From contig OX597816.1 in the NCBI GenBank assembly GCA_951406725.2, forward strand, positions 112,034,001 through 112,098,000: a stretch of DNA of 64,000 nt. The letters run 5' to 3'. Position 1 is the first letter of the stretch. Every line of letters begins with the position of its first letter. This document shows positions 1 to 11,734 of this stretch, piece by piece. The notes below the pieces were generated by a model. The model saw nothing but the letters and a program-made list of their open reading frames with translations, made no database searches and had not been told where the DNA came from. The stretch is from Octopus vulgaris (taxonomy: Eukaryota). The translations under genes and the position numbers were made by a program.

Positions 1-336
1 GCATAACCCTTAACATAAATTACATGTCTCAAGTAACCCCTGCACAAAAAAGAGAATTATGTATCATATCTTTCTCATATTTTTTCATTGTATTCGGTTG
101 TCAACTAAGCACTTCCCAGCCATGTGTTTGAATGGCTTCCTTGGTTATATTGGCGATATGAGGGTGGGCATTGTCGTGTAGCAGAACTCCATGTTGTTGA
201 TTAGCTCTTTTCTCTTGAATAGCCATGTTGAGTCATTCCATCTGTTGAACACAGAGTTCCACATTGTGGATATTCCACATATTGTGGATAATGTCATTCA
301 ATGATGATTAAGTTGCTATCTCTTAAACCTATCTAT

Positions 337-384
<48 letters not shown>

Positions 385-588
385 GGTTGCTATATTTTTT
401 GATAACATAATAGGTTTAGATAGGTTGATGTTTATATTACAAAATTACAATAACCAATATGTTGTGCATGTATAGTAATATTACGATCATGAAACTAGCA
501 TTAGCTTACCTCACTCTTTCTCACAGAACCCCTAGGAACCTTTTGCCAGAACCCTAGGGTTCCAGGGAACCCCGGTTGAGAAACGTTG
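1..588 (+). mobile_element. hAT-type non-autonomous DNA element, left end just outside the window, with a mariner fragment and (TA)n inside
   Basis: Right terminus ggttgagaaacgttg (574-588) followed by ctctagag, matching the NTCTAGAN target typical of Charlie-like hATs. Bases 1-70 match 9951-10020, which sit just inside a matching left terminus. Confidence 0.6.
107..266 (-). mobile_element. mariner transposase fragment (decayed)
   Basis: Minus-strand translation NVELCVQQME*LNMAIQEKRANQQHGVLLHDNAHPHIANITKEAIQTHGWEVL contains the mariner HDNA(R)PH motif and GWEVL; one in-frame stop. Confidence 0.85.
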
Positions 589-675
589 CTCTAGAGATAT
601 ATCGTTTGATAGTTTATAAGTAATAAGCATTTATAATATAATCCCATTTTTATTGTTGTTGACGTCATTGCTTGT

Positions 676-931
676 GGAGGTGTGTGACTTGGTGACTAGG
701 GTGTTGGACTCATGATCATAAGATTGTGGTTTCAATTCCTGGATCAGGCAATGTGTTGTGTTCTTGAGTAAAACACTTCATTTCATGTTGCTCCAGTCCA
801 CTCAGCTGGCAAAAAAGAGTAATCCTGCAACAGACTGACGTCCCATCCAGGCGAGGAATATATACACCATAGAACCAGGAAACCAGCCCTCATGAATCAG
901 TACGACTCGAGAAGGTAACTTTACTTTTACT
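676..931 (+). mobile_element. tRNA-derived SINE, family D
   Basis: A-box/B-box-like head (ggaggtgtgtgacttggtgactaggg ... ggtttcaattcc), central gctccagtccactcagctggcaaaaa; homologous copies at 19586, 55344 and 55906. Confidence 0.8.
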
Positions 932-934
932 ATG

Positions 935-1125
935 TTATTACTTAACTTTGACTCAACTCTGATTGAGCAGACCAACAATCAAATGTCTTCTAAACATGAC
1001 CATCCCATCTTAAATCCAGGGTTAGTGCATTCAAACATAATGCATCCAAGACCACATTAGTCTATGAGTACTTAGCTTTTTAAAATTGTAGGCAGGATAT
1101 GAGGGAAGTTTGACTGGTATTTCAA
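935..1125 (+). repeat. old dispersed repeat, family H (representative copy)
   Basis: Motifs gattgagcagacc...catgaccatccc...gagggaagtttgactggtatttc recur, diverged, at about 3170-3320(-), 13480-13650, 13880-14060(-), 17200-17300(-), 22650-22830, 33710-33900, 48525-48685(-), 52400-52630, 58385-58490 and 63760-63992(-). Confidence 0.6.
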
Positions 1126-1928
1126 GTTTGGAAATTGGTATGTTTTTGAACTGAAAATATCCAAACTGTGAAAGTTGCTTAAATGCTGAATGTGCCAGAA
1201 TGCATTTATGTCATGCCAATCACTTGCTATGCTAATTATGCCTTATCAGATTATAGTATCTCTAGTGATTAGCATAGTGGCATAAGTATCAACTTCTGAT
1301 ATGGTTATCACAAAGCTACTTGTTTACATTGAAAATTGAGAACTTGAGAGTCTGTCATTAATGATTTGGTGCTTAGAAGGCAAGTACTTAGCAAAGCTAA
1401 ATGTTGTATAACAAACCAATGTAAATCTTCTGTGAGAGTTATGGCAAAAGTGACTAAAGAAGCTATAATGGAATCAAGCCAATGATATCACTAAAAATAG
1501 AGTGTAAATTTCCCTCAAAATCATGTGCATCTGCATTAACATGTTGCAAAAACATGTAAATGTGACTGCATGGAGGCTGTAATGCATGGTAAGTCCACTG
1601 GAGCCTTAATAAGAAAAAATATAAAAAAAAAGCAAAGAAAAATAACATATATGAAATTGATCATTTTTAATTTCTATCTCAACTTTTAAACGACTTTAGA
1701 TGGACTAACTTTAAAACCTTGTGTTAAGTTGTGCTGATGAATCTTAACAAAGGCAAAATGAAGCCATACATGGTTACTGTATTAATAATAAAAAAAATTG
1801 TGTGAAGAAACATGTATGTTCTTTCCTCTTTCCATTTTCACTATCTGACAAGAAAACAAGAAAGAAAAAAATTTAGAAGTAATTCTCTCCCCTTAAGCAC
1901 ATACACTCTTCCTTCTACACTCACTTCC

Positions 1929-1992
1929 TCTCTCTCTTTCTCTCTCTCTCTCTTGCTCTCTCTCTCTCTCTCGCTCTCTCTCTTGCTCTCTC
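1929..1992. repeat. (TC)n microsatellite
   Basis: Imperfect TC run seen directly. Confidence 0.95.
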
Positions 1993-3704
1993 TGTCACTG
2001 CCATTATGAGGTAGTCTCCAGCAAACAGAACATGTCATATGCAACTGTTATGAGAAAAAATTTGGAAGATTCAGAATATAGTTTTGGATTTATTTACTTA
2101 TAGGATTTTGAGACAGAGCAGATGAGGTATAGCTTCATAAACAGTAAGGTAGGTCATCATGATAGATAGATGGTTTTAAAAATTCTGTCAGGTTATGTAC
2201 AAGAGAAATAAAGCGGTGGGTACTAAATTCAGTAAGGAGTTTCAATTATTGATAGATATCCAGCAAGATTTCACTTCAAATTACTCTGTGGCAACACATT
2301 ACAAAGGCCCTCTGTACTGAATTCCTGCAGTATCTTGTTAATGTCAGCCTCATTTGCATTACAAAATAAATCCAAGATCTGAATATGAAGCTAGAAAGTA
2401 GAAGGAGAAACATAAGTGAAACAATCTAAAGATGAATATGAGCAAAGAAAATTAAGTTATTAGTTAGTATCAGAGTTTCTAGTAGCAAAATTCCAAATCT
2501 CCCAGACATACAAATTAAGGCATTCTCACTTTGGGGAATATTTACTTTGGGAGGTGTACTTAATAACTGAACAACTTGTGTAGAATTGAAGATCAATTGC
2601 AGAACTTCCAAGAAACAGATACTGCCTTTGTTTCTCTCTATATATAAACCAGACATTATACATACATATGCAAGTGTGTGTGTGTGTGTGTACACACACA
2701 TATATATTTAAACCAGATACTTATACCTCATATATACATACACGGGAAGTATACTGCTGTATAGCTATGAAATATGGGTTGTAAATTTTGTAATTGAAGA
2801 TGAACGTATCTGTATAGGTTCCATTAGACTGCAAGCATTGTAAGCAGTGAAATATAAGTAACTTGAGAGGGCATTATTCAGTTTACACAGGAGACAAATC
2901 TGAATAAATATAGACGTGAAAGATATATAGACGACAAGGAGTGGTGAGTTTTTCTCCAAAAAATTACTGAAGTATCTTGTAATGAGATGAAGTAGATTAA
3001 TCATATCTGAGAGAAATGATTTCAAACAAAGTGATATAAATCTGAGACACGGCAGATTGCAAACCAATGTAAATTCTCTTAATAACAGCTATAGAAACAA
3101 CAATAAAAACAACAACAACAACAACATAATATACTTTTAAAAACATCAAACTAATGATGAAGCATTTACATAGTTGTTTGACCTACAAGAAATGGTAGCC
3201 AAATGTCTCTCAAATCATTTGCTGTTATTTTAAAAAGGAAGGATACATTGGATAAAGTAGTCTTAAATACACTATATTTAAAAACAAAAAGCAGTGGACC
3301 ATTGCTGGAATGTCTTTGATAAAAGGTCCAAGGGGGTGCTGAAAAGTTCTTGGCTTTAAGGTATCACCAAAGGCCTGAGTTTTTTTCAGTTCTTCAGTTA
3401 CTGCCACCCTACATGAGTCTACATTTCACTCTTACATTTCGATTATGGCTTAGTTTTGACAACTTGATGCTCCTCCTATTGCTAGATGCTTTCTAGAGTG
3501 TACTAAGTGCATTTTAGGCAAGGCCTCTGTACTAGAGGAGTTGTCATGTCCTCAGTAAGATGAAAGAGTCCTCTCAGCCCTACATTGTCCTCAATTTATT
3601 CACCAGCTACTTCACAGAGGATGCATATTATCATAGCACCAACACTAAAGAGAGTGCCCTGCATAAATACCATAAGTGCACCTGAGCACTATAGACAATA
3701 ATTT

Positions 3705-3715
3705 CATTATTATTT

Positions 3716-3812
<97 letters not shown>

Positions 3813-3815
3813 CAT
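3705..3815. repeat. (ATT)n microsatellite
   Basis: Long near-perfect ATT array. Confidence 0.97.
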
Positions 3816-4695
3816 AAGCTTTGAGAATTCTCTCTTTTCTAAGAGATGACTTCTAGTCATATCACAGACATCAAAATATCTGTGGTTTATCAAATACTAG
3901 AAGTTATTTATACTCACCTTATTATTTTCAGACAGAGAATTCATTAACTTGAATTTTATTAGTGAGAATCTAGTATTTCTTGTGTATTAAAGGAACATTT
4001 TTTCATACCTAATTATATTGGAACACTAATGAATTAGCTATTTATCTCTTGTTAAATGTCAGATACTGTCAAATTGTCAATGATATCACTTAATATATTC
4101 GTGTACAGAAACAGAAAGTTTTAGAGATACAAAGAAAACAATATTATATAATTAACACCATTAATAACACTATTAATAGTACAGTTATTAACACTTTAAT
4201 TTGAGAATCTACTGCACCATCAAAATGCATCTCCAAGTTATTGAGGTGTGTACAACATTGTTGTTTATTTGGTGTGGGGCAGTTCGTGTACCGTTGTGTG
4301 TATATACTAAATCTGTTTTGCTTTCTTATTGGGGTTTGTTTTGTTGTTTCTGGTCTCACTTTAGAGTTTTATCTGTTTATTATGGAGAAATGCATTTTAT
4401 GCATTGTATAGAATATGTATTTTATGAGTTGTGTCACAGCATAGCTGAATTGTTTGTTCAATGTGTGGTAGGATAGCTGAATGAACAGAGAAATCAATTC
4501 ACAGCACCATTTCTCCAAAGATTTCTGGAATAAGAGTTCCTAACCCAAAACTATTGAAATACAAGGTAAAAGCACAGACCATCGATGTGTATTATTTCTT
4601 ATAACTTGCATTGTTTTTCTCAATAAAAAAATACCCCAAAAGCATTTGTATTTATCAGACAATGCTTCATGCAAACTATATGTGTGTATGTGTAT

Positions 4696-4726
<31 letters not shown>

Positions 4727-6042
4727 TACAGATAAACAGACATACAGACAGATAGCTAGCTAAAGAGACAGACAGATATCAAATTAGCAGCTCACGCACA
4801 CACACTCTCTCTCTCTGGGGCTTCAAAGTGTTCTTGTTCTCCTTTCAAAATTTCACTCCCAGCATGTTAATCAATCCATGGCTACAGTAGAAAGCAATTG
4901 TCCAAGATGTTATATGGTGGAGTCGAACCCAGAACTGCACTATTACTGGCTGATACAAAATAAGCTGTTTGTCACAAACTATATAATTAAAGTTATTGAA
5001 CACTCTTTCTCTGCTCCCCAGATTAACATTTTGCTGAAAAGGTCATATAAATTTCTTGGTAATGTTTCACATGTATTAATCTCATATGATTCTCCATTAA
5101 AACTGGTCAACTGTGAAACTTCCCATACTACCATTATAGCTCTGTAGCTTCAATATTTCATTAAATTTCATATTGGTAAACTAATATTGCTAATGTATAA
5201 AACTATAGTTAACAGCCATCAAATCACTTCAGTTCTGTCCCTGTGTACAATTGGATTGATTTTACACTAGCCTTTATATCAACTATTCTCTCCACTTCAT
5301 CAACAATATTCATGTTATAAAATTCCATTTACTATTGACATAATATATTCTTCGTCAGAACAATGATTTCTATACTCTAGGGAAACCAAATCCTACAGCA
5401 TTTACTTTGAACTAGTAGTAACACTGCTTCTTAATGGTCACATTGATTTTAGCAAGATTACCTCCCCTTGCAATTTACTAATATCATCAGAAATATTTAT
5501 GGCACTCATAAACTTGAAAACTAATATTATGCGAAGCAAAAGGTTATGACCTCACTTCATTTTATTAACTTAATTTCCTTACACGACATGTTGTTTCAGA
5601 TTTGAATTATACATTGGTATTCTTTTTCTTACTACTATTCCCTTTAACTTTCTAAATTCACTGAGATAATTTAATGTTATACACAGTGACAGCAATATAT
5701 TCGCAAATTATTTCCGTGCCATAACTGTAGTTATGTCAACAGATAAACACTGTTAGTTGTGATATCAAAGCAAATAATTTACTTAACTGTAATAGCCCAA
5801 ACTCCATTTAATATGTTAATTTTATAGTGTAACATCAGAATATGTAAGACAGCTGTATTTATATATCCAGAAAGCTTCTCTCGAGAAGTTAAACCAATTA
5901 TAGAAAATCTATTGTTTATTTACTGTTTTGCAGCTAGGTCTTCTTACCTAAGAAGCTTTACTTGTTGCTGATGTTATTGTTGATATTTAGCCTCTGACCA
6001 ATTCTAAGGAGCAGATATTTATAAATTGATATTTGTTTTAAT

Positions 6043-6255
6043 ATTGGTTTAAAATTTTAGCACCAAGCCAGCAATTTTGGCGAAGTAAGTTAGTTAATTA
6101 GATTGGTGCCAGTGTTCAACTGGTACTTATTTTATTGACTCCTGAAAGAATGAAGGGCAAGGTCAACCTCAGCGGCATTTGAACTCAGAACGTAAAGATG
6201 GATGGAATGCCACTAAGCATTTTGCCCAGCATGCTAACAATTCTGTTAACTTGCT
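6043..6255 (-). mobile_element. tRNA-derived SINE, family B (diverged)
   Basis: Reverse complement of the B head (gagttcaaat B-box) and central gcc(t)ttcatcctt...aataagtaccag. Confidence 0.8.
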
Positions 6256-6288
6256 AACTAATACTTGTTTTAGTATTAATAGATATTA

Positions 6289-6505
6289 AGGCAGTGGGCA
6301 GAAAGAACCATTAGCATGCTAGGTAAAATGCATAGCAGCATTTCATCTGTCTTTGTGTTCTGAGTTCAAATTCCACCAAGGTTGACATTGCCTTTCAACC
6401 TTTCAGGGTTGATAAAATAAGTACCAGTTGAACACTGGAGTCGATGTAATCAACTTAATCCCTCCCCAAAATTGCTGGCCTTGTGACCAAATTTGAAACC
6501 AATAT
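6289..6505 (+). mobile_element. tRNA-derived SINE, family B (diverged)
   Basis: gagttcaaattcc B-box, gcctttcaacctttcagggttgataaaataagtaccag central domain (MetaSINE-like); head-to-head with the previous copy. Confidence 0.8.
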
Positions 6506-6721
6506 TACTTAATATTCATACTCTCTTGTGCATTTTGCATGTATATTCTTGCAAGTGTAGAAGATTACATTTAGTTTAGCTCTACTTCGGAATTATGAGT
6601 ACAAAATTGTCGGTATTCTGAATATCTCACACAAACATATTTTAAAAGATGTATTGAGAAATATATTAAGCTCCTAATTCTTAACTTGTCGAGTCAACCA
6701 TATATATGGAACATATTATAT

Positions 6722-6962
6722 ATAAGAGGGAAGACTGCACTAATTTGGCCGTGTGATGTTTTTAGATGAAGATAGTCATGTAAAGAAGTGTTGATTGCTT
6801 GCATTAGAAATAACCTACGGACGCAAGTAACCCAAGAAGACCTGAGAAGAGATGGTGAAAATTAATCTCAGGATGTTGAACCTTACAGAGATGAAAAGGA
6901 CTTTGATGATTGGTTATACACAGGACTTGAGAAGAACCCATCAACATATGCTAGCATGGAAT
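6722..6962 (+). mobile_element. RTE-clade LINE 3' end (decayed)
   Basis: Translation ~GRLH*FGRVMFLDEDSHVKKC...GRK*PKKT*EEMVKINLRMLNLTE resembles the RTE C-terminus RLRWFGHV...GRPRKTW; ends in atgctagcatgga, shared with family F tails. Confidence 0.7.
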
Positions 6963-7139
6963 GACAGAAGTTCTGAAAGCATAAAATGTATGCATAAAAC
7001 TGCATCCCTCACCCCAATTTACTGTTAAATCTACAGCTGCTGCTTCTTTCTACTTTGCGTCTTCTATTCCTACCTTTCTGTGCCCAGATAGTTGTGTCTA
7101 TATTTTGAACCAGTTCCTATTGTCATCTATCCTCTATTC

Positions 7140-7612
7140 TTATTTCTTCACTGCCCACAAGGAGATATACACAAAGGGGACAAACAAGGACATACAAGTG
7201 GATTAAGTCAATTATATCAACTCCAGTGTGCAACTGGTACTTATTTAATCGACCCCAAAAGGATGAAAGCAAAGTCGACCTCAGCAGAATTTGAACTCAG
7301 AACGTAACAGCAGACGAAATACCTATTTCTTTATTACCCACAAGGGGCTAAACACAGAGGGGACAAACAAGGACAGACATAGGTATTAAGTCGATTACAT
7401 CGACCCCAGTGCGTAACTGGTACTTAATTTATCGACCCCGAAAGGATGAAAGGCAAAGTCGACCTCGGCAGAATTTGAATTCACAACATAACGCAGACGA
7501 AATACCGCTAAGCATTTTGCCCGGCGTGCTAACGCTTCTGCCAGCTCGCCGCCTGACGAAATACCACTAAGCATTTTGTCCGGCATGCTAAAGTTTCTGC
7601 CAGCTCACCACC
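7140..7612 (-). mobile_element. family B SINE with a younger full family B copy (7324-7554) nested inside
   Basis: Outer 3' part 7140-7323, complete inner copy, outer 5' part 7555-7612; gacgaaatacc flanks the inner copy at 7313-7323 and 7555-7565. Confidence 0.85.
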
Positions 7613-8542
7613 TTTGGATCATGACGTTAGCAAGAAGAGACTCAATAGATTGCAGTGTGATAGCTGTTCTACTAAGCACGTCACTCCGAACAGCAAGTCA
7701 AGTCATATGCAAGCGTTCCTTTTCGAACAAGTCAGGGCAGGACATTGATGATGACGGCGTGAACGCTGCCGCCACCGATGTCCCCTCCTCCATTCTTACC
7801 ATTTGTCACCCACTACCTATATTTGGCATCATTTTTACTATCATTTGCTCCCACCCTAGTTTTAACCATCTTTCACTCTCTCTTACAACTTTTAACCCCA
7901 ACCCTCATCTCTTTATTATTCATCCCTCCATCATTCTCATAAATGCTGAACTATTCTGCTGTGGTAAGTAATGAAATTAGAACTTGCTATTCCAAACCAT
8001 TACATATCACCATTTCTGTACTACCAGTCACCATACCCTCTCCTCTGAGCTACTCTCAACTGATGTATATCCTTCTCATCACACACACACCCCTACACAC
8101 ACTTGTATTTACTATCCCTACCCATGCTCAACACTCTCTGCATTCATCTCCTATGTACATTTTTAATAACGTGCTACTGTAAGTATTGTTATTGCTCCTT
8201 TGTTACTGAAGCAAATATGACAAGAACTAATAATGAAGGACAGGAGAGAGAAAGAGAGAGAGAGAGATGACAGCGAGGTATTGAGCTGCAGGAGTAGGGA
8301 GAGTGCATGAGTAAGAGAAGTACTTCGGCTCATTGTTGTAGGGTTAATTGATGTTATATGTGGGTGGAATACACAGCACTTCTTGAACACAGTTTTGCTG
8401 AGGTGGGCAGGTCTTCTCAAGAACTGCATATCACCAGACATCTCATATATAAACCCTATATGAATGTATATATGAGGTGTGTGTATGTGTTAGAGAGAGA
8501 GTGTGTGTGTTTTTTTGTGCATATGTATATACACATATAAGT

Positions 8543-8700
8543 GAATGAAATGAGTGGAAGAAGCACTTATGCATTACATATGTTTCAAAAATGCATGGAA
8601 TTTGTATTACGTAACAGTTTCAGTGTTGCATAATACAGGTACCATGCACTTTTGAAACATATGTAGTGTATAAATGCTTCTTCTGTTCCTTCCATTCATT
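8543..8700. repeat. imperfect foldback (palindrome), arms about 70 bp
   Basis: agaagcacttatgcattacatatgtttcaaaaatgcatgg...gtattacgtaac is the inverted complement of gttgcataatacaggtaccatgcacttttgaaacatatgtagtgtataaatgcttct. Confidence 0.85.
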
Positions 8701-9924
8701 TATTCAATTATTGCATACTAAGCAGTGCAAGCTGCTTTTCTATTGGAGTTGTGTAGCATCTGTCATCTTACCAACAATACTTTATAATTTTGATATGGAA
8801 CAAAGTGTGTTTGGTGCATGAATTATTATACTTTATTGATCAATTATCATTTCTTTCATATATACTAGAGGCTAACCAAGTGTTTTGCCATGATTGATTG
8901 GATTCCACTACATTGATATATATATATGTATGAATATATATATATATGCAAACATATATTTGTTTACATGCATATGTGTATGTGTGTGCATCTGTATGTC
9001 CATGTGTCAGTGTGTCTGTGTGTCGGTGTGTGTGTGTGTGTGCGTGTGTATCTTATTTGTATGTTGTAAATAAAATACCAATTTATACTCTGTTTAAATA
9101 AAGAGACACTTGTTTTAGCCAAAGATTTCTATATTTGTTGCAATATATTTGATATATGCATGGATATATGGGCTCAAATAATGCAGTAAATGCACAGAAG
9201 TAAATTAATGGAAACTGCATGCTTGAAGCTAAGACCAGATGTTGCTTAGATGGTATGCAGGAAACTACAATTATTACTTAACCTCGGGTTAAATCTGACT
9301 GAACATTACTATGTAACCAAAGGATTCCAAAACAGGGATACTTTATCAAATATATCCTTCCAATTTTTCAAAAATATGATGTAATATGGGAGAGATTTTG
9401 CTACCATTTCTAACAGGGCAAGCAACTATGTAAAGGTTTACTTGTTGGCTTATTAGTGTTGGTATTAAAGGAGGTAGTGATGAGAGTGATGATTGTTGCA
9501 GATAAACTGGTGTAGCTGAGTAAGAAAAGGGTAGAAAAGGATAAGGGTGTGTTGACTCTGACAGCAACAATGATTTTATCTTTCCATCTAACAAGATAAA
9601 ATTAAAGATGCATGTATAAGAAGTGTCATGCTGTTATGAAAAGAGAGAGACATTGGGCAGTATGCAGGATCTGATGTTAAATAATTTAAATGAAAAGAGT
9701 GTTCAATATACAGGGGAAAAAAAACAAGGCATGAGAACATGACAGGTTACTACGTACTTATCTGATGTACATAAAGAACAAAACTGAGTTGGTATTAACA
9801 TGTAATGTAAATAGACAAAAATGAACTGTTGAAACAATTGTAATTTGCTGACTGTAAATGGGACATGCAGTAAATAAGTAACATAGAAAATATGAGAATG
9901 AAGGGTGAGATTGAACCTTTAGAT

Positions 9925-10050
9925 TGGCGTTTCTTAATCTTTTTCCCCTTGCATAACCTTTAGAATAAATTACATGTCACAAGGAACCCCTGCACCAAAA
10001 AAATTATATACCACATCTAATTTTTTCATCGTAGTTCACATGGTATATAT
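9925..10050 (+). mobile_element. left end of the same hAT-type family as 1-588
   Basis: ctttagat|tggcgtttcttaatc resembles the inverted complement of the 574-588 terminus; the following bases match window positions 1-70. Confidence 0.55.
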
Positions 10051-10328
10051 CATATATATATGCCAATTTGTTTTTGTATGTACCTGATGCATGTGTCATG
10101 CTTAAGAGAAAGAAATTGTTGAAAGAAATTTTGTTGCTTAAATAAAAATTTTTAACTAGATCTCTTGTAATTTTGGGAAGAGGCTTGAAACCACCACCTA
10201 TGTGTTGTATTACTACTTCTCAACACTCAAGCCTACTGGGCCACTGAAGCAGCAACAACCTTAAGGAGGAAGTTAAGATTTGACATGTGTGTTGAGCAAG
10301 GGAGAGAGGAAGTGAGAGGGAGTGGCTG

Positions 10329-10494
10329 GAGTTCAAATTCCGCCGAGGTCGACTTTGCCTTTCATCCTTTCGGGGTCGATAAATTAAGTACCAGTTACGC
10401 ATGGGGGTCGATGTAATCGACTTAATACCTATATCTGTCCTTGTTTGTCCCCTCTATCCTTAGCTCCTTGTGGGTAGTAAAGAAATAGGTATTT
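10329..10494 (+). mobile_element. family B SINE, 5'-truncated, young
   Basis: Near-identical to the inner copy at 7324-7554, CpGs largely retained. Confidence 0.9.
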
Positions 10495-10734
10495 GAATTC
10501 CTTTCAACAAATGAACTGAAATTGACCCCTGGTTATTAAAAGCCCAACCACACACCCACCCACACATACACACACATTTGTTTTAGGTCTTCTACCTATT
10601 TGAAATCACATAACACCAGATAACATGTTAAGTCTTATGTTCCAAAATTTAAATTTTGAATTTGTTTTAATTATAAAATTACACCTCAGCTAAAAAACAT
10701 CTTTGGCTTTTGAATACAACCTTTTCTTTCTCTT

Positions 10735-11255
10735 TCTATATTTTTGCTGAGTTACAATTTCTCTGTTTAGGTCAGAATTTTTCCAGTTTCTTTTTTCTTG
10801 TATCAAGTAATGGATGAAAGCATTTAAAAAAATTTAATTCATAGACCCGAACAAAATCAAAAATATTAACTCTATTTTTTCCCTTTCCTTAATACTATCA
10901 AGAGCATAGTATGAGAAAGATTTGACTGTTATTTCTAACAAATTGAACCACCACACATAGTTGTACAATTGGCTCGTTGTTGATGTGTATAAGTAAACAA
11001 AAACTAAAAGACACATGCACACACCTATATATGAATGTATGTGTGGGTGTATGATAATAAGTTTCATGTGGTGAAAATAAACACAACTTTGTCTATATTT
11101 TTTGTTAAGTTAGAATTTCTCTCTTTTGGTCCGGATTTTTCCAGTTTCCTTTTTCTTCTATCAAGCAATTGACAAAAGCATTTAAAAAACATCAAACTCA
11201 TAGATCTGAACAAAATCAAAAATATTAATTCTATTTTTCCCCTTTACTCTTTACT
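10735..11255. repeat. two diverged direct copies of a ~160 bp unit (10735-10895, 11092-11255)
   Basis: Both copies read tctatatttttt...ttttccagtttc...aagcatttaaaaaa...catagac/tc...gaacaaaatcaaaaatattaa...tatttttccc. Confidence 0.85.
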
Positions 11256-11434
11256 TTCCTACAATATAATTGATTACCGTATCCTATATACTATGTCCTT
11301 GCATATTAGGTGAGTATTTCAGAAATATTTTCACCTTTCAAACAAAAACTGTCTAATACATTCGTATATGTTTTTCAGTTGAAACATTCTGAATCATTTT
11401 GGAGATTTATTGTTTTAATAACAAGTTTTAAAAT

Positions 11435-11734
11435 ATGGGTAATCACATGAGGGATTCAGCACAAGAGCGTCAGAACAGAAGGAGAGAACAGGTGCATGAG
11501 GAACAACAAGAGGAAATTAGGAATCAAATTTATATGAGGATGAGACAGAGAAGAAATGAAATAAGCCAAGAGCAGAGGGAGTGTATCCTATGGCAAAGAA
11601 GGGAAAGAAATCAGCAAAGGGTAGAACACATGAGCCAGGACCAAAGAGAAGTGTATTTTCAAAATAAGAGAGACAGAGATCAACAGAATCGAGAACATAT
11701 GAGTACAGCTGTACTTAGAAAATATGAAAAATAG
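11435..11734 (+). mobile_element. truncated ORF of tandem 23-aa E/Q/R-rich (STPR-like) repeats, probably a Helitron RepHel N-terminus
   Basis: VHEEQQEEIRNQIYMRMRQRRNE / ISQEQRECILWQRRERNQQRVEH / MSQDQREVYFQNKRDRDQQNREH are each exactly 23 aa; a GT-AG intron lies upstream at 11310-11378. The Helitron assignment is inference. Confidence 0.6.

Noticed and set aside
2104-2148. possible 45-nt exon (tag|GATTTT...AAG|gtaggt, DFETEQMRYSFINSK)
   Set aside because: Splice-like signals are common in AT-rich DNA; no recognisable protein or partner exons. RNA-seq would be needed.
7576-7971. 131-aa ORF
   Set aside because: Starts inside a SINE and runs into low-complexity sequence; at most a LINE 3' remnant I cannot assign.
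8862-8895. possible Helitron terminus (actag plus decayed hairpin)
   Set aside because: Hairpin too degenerate to support.
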